Positions 37,881 through 50,745 of a stretch of DNA of 64,000 nt are shown here, piece by piece (the first letter of the stretch is position 1; every line of letters starts with the position of its first letter). The DNA comes from Harriotta raleighana. Lineage: Eukaryota. The stretch lies in NCBI GenBank assembly GCA_050575255.1, contig JBNZDD010013632.1, positions 1,270,905 through 1,334,904 on the forward strand. Reading direction: 5' to 3'. A program made the position numbers and the translations under genes. Below the pieces are notes generated by a model, which was not told the origin of the DNA, did no database searches, and saw only the letters and a list, made by a program, of their open reading frames with translations.

Positions 37881-38369
37881 TTAGGTCATACCCTTAACTC
37901 CTGTTAACAGTGCCCAGATAAAACTAACTCTGAATTAGATTAGCCTTTCCTACATAGAGTAAAACCCTGTTTATCCGGCACCTGGTCAGTGGAGGTTAAA
38001 CAGTTTTTCCGGTGGAACGGATTTAAAAAAAAAAAAAAACATAATTAAAAATATATATTTTAATACATACCATATTAATAATAGACTAAATAATAACAGA
38101 ATATTGTATTAGTACTTTTATTTATAGTTAATTTTGCAATCGCAGCCCTCACCCAACCTATTTTAGGTCAAATAGACCAAAGTAGCAATTTCTGTGTGGT
38201 GATAGCTTAGACAAGCTTTACTACGGANGCAATCGCAGCCCTCACCCAACCTATTTTAGGTCAAATAGACCAAAGTAGTAATTTCTGTGTGGTGATAGCT
38301 TAGACAAGCATTACTACGGAGAATTTCCATTAACAGATAAAAACGACTGAGGTAAAAAAAAACGTGACT

Positions 38370-38593
38370 TTTTCTCTCTCTGTCTCTCTCTCCCTCTCTG
38401 TGTGTGTATGTGTCTGGCTCTCTCTCTCTGTCTAGGTGTGTGTCTCTCTCTGTCCCTCTGTGTGTCTCTCTCTCTTTGAAGCACTCTGAGACGCCATCCG
38501 GCGTGGAGGGCGCTATATAAATTGAAGTTGTTGTTGCCTGTATGTGTGTGTTTGTCTGTGTCTCTCTCTCCCCCTCTTTCTCTCTTTGTCTAT
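38370..38593. repeat. (TC)n/(TG)n compound microsatellite with an L2-type tail at 38478-38537
   Basis: Direct inspection. Confidence 0.85.
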
Positions 38594-38743
38594 NNNNNNN
38601 NNNNNNNNNNNNNNNNNNNNNNNNNNNNNNNNNNNNNNNNNNNNNNNNNNNNNNNNNNNNNNNNNNNNNNNNNNNNNNNNNNNNNNNNNNNNNNNNNNNN
38701 NNNNNNNNNNNNNNNNNNNNNNNNNNNNNNNNNNNNNNNNNNN
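38594..38743. other. Assembly gap (150 N)
   Basis: Run of N. Confidence 0.99.
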
Positions 38744-39304
38744 GTCCCTCTTGATCTGTGTTTGTGTGTCCCTCTCTCTCACCTTCAAATGGCTGCTGCC
38801 CAGGGCTCTGAGCGTTTCACCAGTTTAGATATGCCTAGTGGCCAACCGCGAATACTGCACTCGCGAGTACTGCACTCGCTTGCAACAGTCCATTCATTAA
38901 ACGCGTCATCACTATTTGCCGGATAACTTACGGTTAATCAAATCGGGACTTTTTTTTGAGGTGGCGGTTGAACGTGTTTTCCGATTCATCAAGTCATGGA
39001 TAAACAAGGTTTTACTGCACTTGATTCAATCCGTCCAATGCAGATCAGAGTGCATTATCCTTTGAATTAGATGTTCTGTGTATCCTCTATGCATAGAGTA
39101 TGTCTGCTATGTCATGGTGGCTTATTGAAAATAAAATGTCAAATTGCACATGGCATGTAATGTTCGTCTTGGGACATCGTTGGCACTTTATCAATGTGCA
39201 TTTTATCTATTCACCTTGTTAAAAAGTAATACAGAATACTCGCTGCTGGATATGCAAACCTTGATCAAGCCCCATGCTGAACAATAAGCTGAGAGTGACT
39301 GAAA

Positions 39305-39545
39305 GAACAGCAACAAAATTACATTTACTAGAGCACCTTTCACATTGGGAGGACATCCCAAGGCGGTGAACAGTCAGGGGTCGGGACCTGAGCATGGGGG
39401 AAGGGTAAGGTGAGGGTTGGAGGGAGGGGAGGGGAGGGAGAGAGTTGGGTAGGCGGCAGAAGGCAGGATAGAAGACGAGGGTCTTGAGACAAGCCTTGAA
39501 GAAGGCAACGGAGGAAGCGAGGCGAAGGGACTGTGGGATGGAAAG
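39305..39545 (-). mobile_element. L2 3' end
   Basis: Reverse-complement homology to 40670-41050. Confidence 0.85.
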
Positions 39546-39619
39546 AAGGTGAGTAAATGTTACTCAGAAGGACGGATTGTGACAGTATTGTGCAGTACTG
39601 CCTTCACATTGTCTTTTCC

Positions 39620-41051
39620 AACGGATTTTCCTCCAGCCCCCGCACAGTCAAATGCTGTGTTCCCCAGGACTCTGTTTTTGGCCTCTTGCTCTTCACCCTC
39701 TATATGCTCCCCCTGGGTGACATCATCTGCAGACATGGGGTAAATTTCCACACGTATACGAATGACACCCAACTCTACCTTTCCGTGTCCACCCTCGACT
39801 TGAGGACTACTGGCGTTCCGACTGCGTGTCTGACCAACATTGAGTCCTGGACGAGGGCCAACTTCTTCCAATTCAACGTCAACAAGACGGAGGCCTTCCT
39901 GATTGGCTCGCGTCAGCGGCTCCGCCCTCAGGCGCTGACAACATCAGCATTTAAGGCTGTTCTCTCCACCTCTCGAAGCCACTCAGGAAGCTGGGTGTCT
40001 TGTTTGACCCCGAACTGTCCTTCCTCCCTCATATCCGCTCCCTGACCGGTATCGCCTTCCACCATCTCCACAATATTGCCAGACTAACTCACCCCTCATC
40101 CCGCCAAAACACTTATACACACATTCGTCACATCCAGGCTCGATGATGGGAACTCTCTCCTCGTTGGCCTTACCAGCTCCTTCCTCCCAGCAGAACATTC
40201 AGAATTCTGCAGTTCGTATATTCTCCCGCACTAGGCTACGGGACCAAATCACGCCCACCCTCACCCGTCTCCACTGGCTCCCAATCCCCCAGAGGATCAA
40301 ATTCAAGATCCTTATCCTCACCTTCAAGGCCATTCACGGCCTTGCCCCTGCCTATCTCTCTGACCTGCTGTCTCCCTATCAGCCTGACCACAGGCTGCCC
40401 TCTCAGTCCAGCAGACTAAGGCCTGCTCCAGCCATTTGCTANTCCACTGGCTCCCAATCCCCCAGAGGATCAAATTCAAGATCCTTATCCTCACCTTCAA
40501 GGCCATTCACGGCCTTGCCCCTGCCTATCTCTCTGACCTGCTGTCTCCCTATCAGCCTGACCACAGGCTGCCCTCTCTGTCCAGCAGACTAAGGCCTGCT
40601 CCGCGTCCACTGCCCTAACTGCCCAACCATCGCGGCCAGGCTTTCAGCCTCTCCGTTCCCACACTGTGGAACTCCATCCCACAGCCCCTCCACCTTGCTT
40701 CCTCCATTTCTTCCTTCTTCCATTTCGCCCACAAATATACAGTCAAATTTTTCCTACTTTCCTTCCCCCGACCCCTCCCCGCCCCATTCTGATCCCTGCT
40801 TGACTGTACAGTGCCTTGGGACGTCCTCTCGATGTGAAAGGTGCTACATAAATGTAATTTTGATTGATTGAAGGCTATTCTCAAGACCTTCCTCTTCGAC
40901 CACGCCTTCGGCTCCCCCACAAACTCTTGCCCCTCTCCTTCACCCTACCCTGATCCCCCCACCCCGCTCAGGTCCCAACCTAACTATTTAGCGCTTTGGG
41001 ACGTCCTCCCAACGTGAAAGGCGCTTTATAAGTGCAATTTTGTTGTTGTTG
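39620..41051 (+). mobile_element. 5'-truncated L2 LINE with decayed RT (about 1.4 kb)
   Basis: Translation [54 protein letters not shown] (GVPQGS/YADD motifs, catalytic YADD decayed to YTND), then NVNKTE and LHWLPIPQRIKFKILILTFKAIHGLAPAYLSDLL. Frameshifted; (GTT)n tail. Confidence 0.95.
40720..40870 (+). mobile_element. Short (GATT)n-tailed L2/SINE-type insertion nested in L2
   Basis: CATTTCGCCCACAAATATACAGTCAAATTTTTCCTACTT...AAATGTAATTTTGATTGATTG, nearly identical to 60720-60865. Host L2 sequence resumes at AAGGCTATTCTCAAGACC. Confidence 0.8.
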
Positions 41052-43504
41052 TACTGCATTAAGTTGGATGGAACCAATCAATCTGTCGTTCCATACACCA
41101 ACTAAAGGTCTGATGTTATGGTTAAACATTGTTAGTAACTGCAACCAGCCATTTGCTACCTTTAGTGAGCAAATCTGCTTCAGTGTTTAATGACTTTGAG
41201 AAAGTAGTTTGTACATGTAATCATGGTCGCACAGAGAGACTGTATTTTCTAATCTTGATTTAGGTCAGTGCCTTCCATAGCAGTGGAGTAAAATGAAAAC
41301 TAGAGATGAAAATAAGTTAAAATAAAATTCAAATCATTATTTAAGGAGGGCATTGCTTGCACTGTTAGCATTGGCACACACACACACAATATTGAATGCA
41401 GGCCTGAGCATCCCAGAACTGATATGTACAAAGTATAGTCAGCCAAATGACTATTCAAAATTCCAATTTAAGCATATTTTTTATTGCTAAATTTATCTTG
41501 GAGCAAAGGGAGGGCGTAGCAGCAGCAATAGAGTAGTCAAAGAAACATAGATTTAAGATGATAGAATAGCTGGCAATTAACAGAAAAACAGTTTGGAATC
41601 TTTGCATTGTTCGATCTATGGGTCCAAACATTAGCNATAGCTGGCAATTAACAGAAAAACAGTTTGGAATCTTTGCATTGTTCGATCTAAAAATATTAGT
41701 TTTGCACGTCCAAACACACAGTGATTTCTAAAAGCACTGGAGCCCTCCTGCACTGCTCATAGCATTACTGCTGGTGAATTGGGTAGCAGGCAATTACTGC
41801 AGTTTTCACATCATACTGTCACAGTGGTACAGCAGCACCCGAAAAGGAGCATTAAAATGCAAAACTGTTTTTAGCAAACCACTTGATTGTGTCAAGTCTG
41901 CTACAATTGTGGGACAAATGCTACTTAACACTTGCTCCTATCATGAAATTTAGCCCTAGGGTTCAAATAATTAATTTCTTCCTCAATGGAGTCTTTGCAC
42001 TTCATCAATCACTGGCTGCATACTAAATGAATAAGACTTTGGATAACATTGTCTGTCTTGTGTTTTCTTTCAAATTGCATTATTGAATATTGGTGATGAA
42101 CCACTGAAACACAGGCTGAAACATTACTTTATCCTATATATCGATACCTATATATAAATGGCACCCGTCCTTCCATCCCATCCTGTACCCAGTGACTCTC
42201 CATCCTTTCATCACAGTGAACTGTTAGACAAAAGCTTGCATACAAGATAAATATGTGAACATAAAAGAGATCTGAGGAAGGATTTTTTTTCTAAATGCAA
42301 ATAAAGGTTCCTTCTTTTCACTGCAGGATTAAATCCACCTGGATTGTTAGGAATGACATGGCCTGGCTGGTGATTAAAGGGGAACTTCTCCTCAGGGCTT
42401 TCATGCACGATCGAGGTCTATGCTGCCCTTGGACCGGTTGCAGGCACGAGGAGGTGGTTGTGGTGAACTCAAGGACGACTCCCAACTGTTTTAAAGGGAG
42501 TGTCCCCAGAAAAATGTGTGCACTACCCATATGGGGGAAAAAATGGACCATGAACAAAGAAATGGTATTTTTTTTGGTATTGGAAAATGGCAAAAGGAGG
42601 TATTTTGATTTACGTTTTGGATTTATGTTACAACAAATATATTTATAAATAAATGTATATTTTCAAAACAAAATTGGAAACATCATTGTAACACCTCCTG
42701 GTAAGAAATTCATAAGCCTCAAAGTTACCACGTCACCCCTTAATCACTTTATTTATTGACATGTTATACAAAGCATTAACTGAGACCATTAAAATCCACT
42801 TTGTCTTCCCCTTTTGAGTCTACTTTCTTAAGATTTATGATCAGGCAGAATTAGAGAAGACGCTTAAACTTAATCCTAAATACAAAACAATGGCTACCAA
42901 ATTAAGGCAGGATCTAAGAGTTTTCTGCAATTTTGCGCCTCTTAAATTTTAAAACAAAAATAGCCTTAAAGAGCAAGAAGGAAATTCAGGACTCCAACCG
43001 TACTAGGCTTTATAGCAGTGTTGGGAGAAAGGGTTATGAAATAAGTGAAGCTGCCAGGTCAAACTACTATCCAACACACAATAAATATTGTGAACAAATT
43101 GTATGGCTCTTTGTTTTTGATAACATCAATTCTTCCTGAAATTGCTTGCCTAATACTGAACTTCACTTTCAAAAGACAACAATTTCTGCACAGGCTCTTT
43201 CAAATGAGTTTTTTAACAGTGCTTTGAATGAGACTTGCCAATTTTCTGTGCTGATTTTCATGTCTTGCATTCCGATTATATATTTACCCGTTAGGAAAGA
43301 TGAATGTAAATCTCTGAGGATGATTCTGATGGGTCAGTAGCACCACTAAAATAAGTTACTGGTTTCATATAAAATTTTCAGCCAGCACGATAATTTCTGA
43401 AATGCAATATTTGCTCTGTGCAACTGTTAATAGTATTTTGATTTATTAAGTGAACCATTGCAACTGTCACTGATGATTTCCTCAAAGGAGAGATTCTTGT
43501 CTAA

Positions 43505-43655
43505 ATAATCATAACCCTTATATTTGATACAGTGTCTTTTACATTGGGAGACATCTCAAAGTAGTTCAAAAGGGTTTACTGTAATGTGCGGTGACGGTAT
43601 ATTTTGCAAGCAAACACAGCAGCCAATTTGTGCACAATATTAGCCCACAAACAGA
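43505..43655 (-). mobile_element. Old SINE 3' fragment
   Basis: Degenerate reverse tail and core (GCAGCCAATTTGTGCACA...CCCACAAACAG). Confidence 0.6.
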
Positions 43656-44724
43656 ATATCAAAAAAATGCACTCTACCTCAGCCCTGTATTGGAAAGGCC
43701 AAATTCTATACAGTCTGAAATATTAAGTAAACAGAGGAAATCTAGATTTAAATAGAATTCTTAAATCCCCTCCCCTACCCCCACACACAATTGGTTAATT
43801 GTGATATTTTCCTGTTTGCGTGTTACAATGAAAGGATACTAGAAAATGAGTGTTTTAAAAATATATATATTATGTTATTTTATTCAATATATATATTTGC
43901 AACATTCACAAACTGGATTCAGTGCGCTCATTGCAACTTATGTTACAGGAATATTGGGAGCCAATTAACTCATGAGATTGGCAGAATGGTTGGTTGTCCC
44001 CGACTGTCCAGTCCCTTGGGACATCCTCCTGATGTGAAAGGTGCTAATCAAATTTGTGAATCCCCAATTCCCTCAAAGATGGAAACCAAAACGCCAGCAA
44101 GTAAAACCGTCCATTGTCCAAACAAACTCGTCCAAGGAAGGAGCAATGACATATTCGCCAGGCTTTCCTTTACACGCTAATCCCCACAATCATAACCTAA
44201 AGTGCCATCTCCCAACGGCTTCCTGACATGAAAGGTGCTATATAAATGTCAATTGTATTGTGTAGTACAGTTTTATGAGAGGTCCTTTTAACACTCACCA
44301 TATTGTCAGTCTCCCAGCTAAAAATATAATTATATGTCTCAGTTAACCATCACTAAAATCAATTTCAATATGTATGTTTCAAATGACAATTTAACAAATT
44401 AAAACATAAAAGAAAATTGCTAGATTGATGCTGACTGGTTATGTGCCATAGGGGGAATGGACAGATCCTGGCTATTCTTTTTTTCATATAACATCCCAGT
44501 TGTGAAATCACTTTGACTTCATTTGTATTCTGGTCAATTTCTCAGATAAATACAAGGTTCTCGAAGATGTAAGAAGAGCGCTGGACTACTGTTTTAAAAG
44601 TAGACTACTGTTTGGCTTGTCTGATTATACACCCTGGTCCAAGCTGTCACACTCATTCAGGAAGCAACTGCGTATTGTGATTGGAGGACTGCAATAAGTG
44701 AAAGTGCTTTCTTGATCTGAACTA

Positions 44725-44840
44725 ATAATAATAATAATAATCCTTGCATTTGATATAGCACCTTATCATATTGCCAAGACATCTCGAAGCGCTTCACGGA
44801 ATATATATTGTTAATTGAATTGAATATAATTTGGGGGTGA
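44725..44840 (-). mobile_element. SINE tail fragment
   Basis: (AAT)6 followed by CCTTGCATTTGATATAGCAC. Confidence 0.75.
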
Positions 44841-44929
44841 AACTTATGAACTTGTGAAGCACTGCTTCTTCTCTCCATAATTTGCTGTTTGGCTATTTTC
44901 ATCTGACTTGCAGCCTCCCACAAAATATG

Positions 44930-45062
44930 ATATCATAGAATCATACAGCACCGAAGGAGGTCATTTGGTCCATCGTGTCTGTGCCAGCTCCGAAAAGAGC
45001 CATTCAACTCAATCCGACTGGCCAGCTTTCTCTCCATAGCCCTGTAATCTTGTCTTCCCCAG
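44930..45062 (-). mobile_element. CR1 3' end fragment
   Basis: ATCATAGAATCATACAGCACCGAAGGAGGTCATTTGGTCCATCG, homologous to 9172-9310. Confidence 0.8.
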
Positions 45063-48000
45063 ATACCCATCTAGTAGTCTGCATTTCACCTTCCCCTCCC
45101 ACACACTCTCCACCCTCCACCACCATAAATACTTGTTCACTTTTTAATGAACTGAACCCTGGTGCTTGATAGTCATGTCTGAGATCATTCCTGGTTGAAA
45201 TTAGTGTCTTATTCTCAAACAAACATACGCTACTGTACAACAGTGATGGGTTGAATTGCCCTGAAGATGACATTTCTATGATACTATGATTATTAGCATG
45301 AAATGTCTCTACTTGCTTAATCTTTGACAAAATCCTCACTGCAGAACTATCCTTGGTTAAATGAACTTTCAATGTTAAATCTCTTGATGGTGCTTTGAGT
45401 GTTCTACTCTTAGGCGCTAGTATTTATTATTGTTACTATAGTTGTTGCAACATCACTATTCCATCTTGTATGTTTGTATCTTCTTGTGTATTTGCATCCT
45501 CACCTTGGGGTGTCCTCCTGACATTAAAGTCGCCATACAAATGTAATTTGTTGTTTGTTGTTGTGTTCTCGTTCCTTGCATGTTGTATTCAATGCTGCTG
45601 TAAAAATTTTGCAGTCAGGTTGATGGCACAATGTGTTATATACAAATGATACATAATATTTCATAGTTATCTTATCCTGGATGGTTCTATGCATCCTCTA
45701 AAGCATTGATCAGACCATTGACTCTAATTCAAAATGTTCAAATTTCATGTTAATATTTGACAGTTTTCCAGAGCACTTTTAAAATAACTTGCACTTTTGT
45801 TTTAATGAAGGAGTGCTGAGCAATAGCAGGGGATCTAATTAAGGAAGTGAAGTGAAACTGAATGAGTGGATATCCTACATACCATTCTTTATTTAATGCT
45901 GACTTGAACTGCAGGTACTGAAAATATTAATAATAAACATTGGGGAATATTGAATATTTTTTAACTGGTTGAAGAGAGCAAAGCTCCATCATTGAACAGG
46001 TCTTTGTTATGTCAATTTCAGCGTTGCTTTGCAAAAGAAGAACTAACCACCTGGTATTCTGAATTTGTGATTAACAACAGAAAGCTATTTTTTCAGGCAT
46101 AGACATGACAGATTAACTCTTCCGGTCCTGGAAATGACTTAATGTACTTCTTCTATCATTGTTTGTTTAGAGGAGTCAATGTACATTAAGTATTTTCCAT
46201 ATGCTGTGTCGCTGACAAGGGGTAGTGTTATTTTGTTAGAGTTTTTAGCAACCCTGCTCAGTTCTTGTCTATTTCATGAACATTGACCAAGTTGGAGGTT
46301 GTGTTCCATCTTCCATAACAGTTCTCAGTGTTCTTTTTTCAAAACGCCCATTTTAAACTTTCACTCATTTGGGAGTGGATGGTGCAGTAGGAAAGACATC
46401 GGAGATCCAGTTTGAAATTCCCAAAGGAAGAAATGTTCTCTCTGATTGATTCAATGAAGAGTTGGAGCATTGAGATGCCATTCCACTTCTGAATCAGGAG
46501 AAATTTTCCCCTTCCCCAATTTTTTAATCTAAAACGTGAAGCACGTTCAACCCAAATATTAACAATCTCTTCTTGCAAGATTTAAAGAATTGAATTCACA
46601 GGGATGCTGAGAGCTGCAAAGAGTATTAGTTAATCAGAAGATAACCAGGAAGTAAGTCCAATGCTTTAGCCACAGCTTTGGAGATTGATCATTTATATCC
46701 CTTCCCAAAGGGAGGATTGAATCTATTGCAGGAAGCTAAACAATGCAGCTAAGTCCTTGTGAGATATTCTTCTTTGAATAAAGAATAAAAGTTACATACA
46801 CTCACTACTGTTTCATTCCAACACTTTATTTTCTAAAGCCACATCATGTCGTCGATATTATTTTGCTGGAGAATAGCAGTGGCAGATAATGAACAGATGA
46901 ATAGGTTGGTGATTTGGGGCTTAAAGCAGTGTTCGGTAAGTGGTCTTCTAAAAGGGCTATTAACTTGAGCGAACTCAGGGAAGGTGTTAATACAGGCTAA
47001 GGATATAGAGGATCTGAAACTGTAGGACAGACCAGCACTCGTTATTGTCAGGAGTCAGGCATTATAGGAATGAGCGGTTGGTTAATGAAGAACAAATGGC
47101 ATGAAAAGAAGCTTTGTATAATTTATTGTTATTAGTACATTCTTCAAGATAACTATCAATTTACAGGCTGGATATTATGTGCACGTATGAATCTCTTCAT
47201 TTGATTAGTTTCTTAAAAAGTGTTCTATGTAACCTAATCTCCATGTCTCTGTAAACTGGTCTCTGACCTCTGTAGCCTGCTCTATGTGGGCTTAGCTGGC
47301 ACAATTTGGCTCCTGAATTTGCCTACAAATACAACAAATAAACTTAACAATAATTAGTTGCGAAGCAGTTTGAGATGTTTTAAAATATTTAATTTTGTTG
47401 AACTCAAGTTGCACTCAAGTTTGCATTTCTACATCTCCCACAGCAAGGATATTTGGAATCTAGTGAAGAGCTGAACCCTTCACTTTGAAGAGTTATTCCA
47501 GTAAGATTGGCAGGGAAGTTTTATAAACCATCATTCTGGACTAAGAACATGCAACACTGGAGAAAAAAAAGGCAGCTGCAAAATTGCCTAGAAATGTCCA
47601 GCTCCTCTTTCCCCCAATAGCATATTGAAAGAGATTATGAATTTATCTGTGAGTTAGAGAAGCGTGACGGACTACTCAATATCAGTAATATGCGCATTTT
47701 CGATCCTTGTGATCTTTACTCCATTCCTTCTGGTGCAGAAAAGGTGTAATCGCCAGCAGATAATAATTCAATTACTTGAATTATTTCAAAAGTATTATCT
47801 GAACTGCATCTACCAAGTGGTAAATTGGGGAATCCATAGTATAAAGACAATTGCAGGTTTCGGAAAATGTATGAGAGAGTGTTTTACCATAGCAGCTTGT
47901 AGTCAATTATTGTAGCGATTTATGCCTGACACTTGTTACATTTTAATTGATGTTGGTAGCTATGTCCATCTGTCATATTTTCTCATTGTCACTTGTGACT

Positions 48001-48899
48001 GTATGAGTAGAGAAATTGGATTACAAATCACTTAGTCCTGGGTGTGTTGTGTCTGTATTCTGAATTCACATAATATGTAATATGTTTGTTCGACATGCTG
48101 CACAAAGCTGAAGCATGGAGCCAAGGGGAAACAAAATATGATTTTTCAAATCCACAGCCACAAATCAAAGTCAATATATAAAGCAGCTTATTCATTTAAT
48201 TTCTTATTTTCTTAGTGGTTAAGCAGTCTTATTAGTTAAGCACTCTGAGATGCCCTCTTGCAGTGAAAGCTACAATGTAAATTTTATTGTTCATGTCTCA
48301 GTATTTACTTTCTTGGAATATTCCATCTTGATAATCATAACACCATTGAAATACAATACAATTCTCATCTATATAGTAGTGCCTTTTATGTTGGAAGCAC
48401 ATCTTAAACTACCTAAAAATCACATCATTCATATAAATTAAAATCATTATTTCCTTAAGAAAATTTTCACTAATTGTGCATTGGTTACAGCTTGTGGTTT
48501 AAATATTGTATATAAATACAATACGTTACAATGGCCTTTTCAAGTGAGAGGATGCTGTGTACACTTATGCTTTGTTTGGACGCATTTGGGTTGAGATCCT
48601 GTACATTCATGTTGCTGTTCTCCAGAGAGCAACATTTCAAAGTAATAAAAGTCAAGCTGTAGGTGACATGAAGGTATTATAAAGAGTATAATGGATATCA
48701 TCCGGCTTTTGTGCAGTTTTTCACTCCTTCTGTGCTCCCACTGGGACACCAATCAGTCGAGCTTTGGTCTGTGGCTACCTGTCACTCAATCTCTATATTC
48801 CTGATTCCTCATCGACAGCCATCATTTTTCTGGTTTAAACTTCTCTGCTTTGTCATTCTTTTTATCTCCAAAACATCTTCAGTGGTAAATCTGCATAGC

Positions 48900-49180
48900 T
48901 TCCTATCCCCTTGCTCCAGTCCACAGCCCTGACTGTCAAGTGCCTTGGGCCGTCCTCCTGATGTGAAGAGCATATACAAATATAATTTGTTGTTGATTAA
49001 TATTATTCACATTAGTACTAAAATAATCCTTGCATTTGATATAGTACTGTTCACATCACAAGAATGTCTCAAAGTACTTCTTCACAAGATATACTGCAAA
49101 GTGAAGTGAACACGTGTTTTGTAAGACAAATGTGGTAGCGAATTTGCACACAATAACAGCTATGAAGTGAATGACCAATC
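48900..49180. mobile_element. L2 tail (+) tail-to-tail with a SINE tail (-)
   Basis: L2 tail at 48930-48995 and reverse SINE tail at 49020-49180. Confidence 0.7.
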
Positions 49181-49519
49181 TTATCTGGAGGACCTTTGGC
49201 TGGACACTTAACCACTCACTTCAAATTGATATCAGGCTCCATGTACATGTCTGAACTCTTGCTGAACCATTACTGAACTGCAAGACCCTCCCCACACAGA
49301 CTGTGGATTTGATATCCTCTTTTCTATCCTCTGGATTGTTTTATTGAGAAACTAAGTGAAGCTCCATGCCATTAGGGTGCAAGAGGAAGAGACTGGGTGA
49401 GAGAAATCAATAGCATTTAGATCGTATAGTACCAAGCTTTTGTTTTAAATTCCTGTGATTTGTAGGTAGAATGCAAAGCAGCCTTCAAGTCTTGAGGAAA
49501 AATAAATCGCAATGGGAGA

Positions 49520-49745
49520 TCATAGAATAAAATCATAACAATTATTAACACAGAAGGCCATGTAAGCCATTATAGCTGTGCTGGCTGTCTCTAAGAACTA
49601 TCTGTTTAGTCCCACTTGCCTGCCTTTTTCCAACAGCCATTTATATTTTAACCTTACTGATACACATTTAATTCTCTTTTAAAAGTTATTACAGAATCTC
49701 CATCAACCTAGGGCATTCTATGTCCAAATAACTCTGTGTAAATAT
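49520..49745 (-). mobile_element. CR1 3' end fragment
   Basis: Degenerate homology to 9172-9400. Confidence 0.65.
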
Positions 49746-50225
49746 GAAAACCTCAATGATGTAATAAATTTTGATTTCAACACAGGAATGTTGTAGGCTG
49801 GCAGAAATATTGCGTGGTCTAGGATATTTACATCTTGGTGAAGAGTAGGAGAGGAAAATTCATAGAAGCAAAACCGGGACAGTGAGGAACAACATTGAAA
49901 ATGGCGAAACAGGGTGAGTTTGACAGAGAGGTTGGCTACTATCACTTCTCTAAGATATAACTGAACGGCTGTTGTGTTTCATTACCACAAACACAGATCT
50001 AGCAGCTTCTCAGAGTTGAGATGCGTCTTTTTACACAATAAACTGCGCTTACTCATTCCCATTGTGTCCCATCCATTTAATGGAATTCACTTTCTTAAAT
50101 ACCTTTCGGTTCTATGTTCTCAGTGGTCACCAGGTTAAAGATGGAATCCACCAAACCAGAGTCACACAGTTGATTCCTTTTCTCTTGTGACAACTATACG
50201 CGCCTGAAAGGACAAAATAAAGGGG

Positions 50226-50335
50226 TAGAATCAGAGAATCTTCTAGCACAGAAACAGGTCATTTGGCTCATTGTGCCTATGCTGGCTCTTTGAAAGAGTT
50301 ACCAACTAATCCTACTACCCCGCTTTTTCCCACAC
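50226..50335 (-). mobile_element. CR1 3' end fragment
   Basis: TAGAATCAGAGAATC...GGTCATTTGGCTCATTGTGCCTATGCTGGCTCTTTGAAAGAG, homologous to 9172-9270. Confidence 0.7.
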
Positions 50336-50745
50336 CTGGGAGGAGAAATAGACAGGACAAGCATAGTCAGAATGTAAAGAACAGGCTCAGAGTAAGAGAG
50401 AGCGCGAGAGCAAGAGAGTATGCATGTATAAAGCAGAGGTTGGCAGATTTCCAAGGATTGGCATGATTGCAAAGGCATGACAGAGAAAATGAGATGCTTA
50501 CAGAATATGAAGGACAGGCAAGAGAATGACAGTGAAATATTGCAGAAACTGCAAAGGACAAGTAAGAAAATGACATCAAGGATTATGGCAGCAAAATACA
50601 ACAAAAATAACAGACCCAGAATGATGCAATGAAGAAGCGCAGCAACTTCAAAATGTGTTCCTTATTTACAGTGCTTTCATCCCCTGGCTGTGAGCTCGGG
50701 TTTCAATGGTGCACAATGTGCTCAGTGATTAGAGCACTCGCTCCT

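Larger units (their letters stand above)
37957..39017. mobile_element. pogo/Tigger-like MITE with internal insertions and an assembly gap
   Basis: TA-GAGTAAAACCCTGTTTATCC ... GGATAAACAAGGTTTTACTG-CA. Both arms are homologous to 13798-14387. Confidence 0.85.

Noticed and set aside
38513-38926. Long ORFs across the N gap
   Set aside because: Artefact of translating N.
42211-42232. TCACAGTGAAC, matching the 5' end of miR-128
   Set aside because: Only 11 nt match and there is no complementary arm for a pre-miRNA hairpin.
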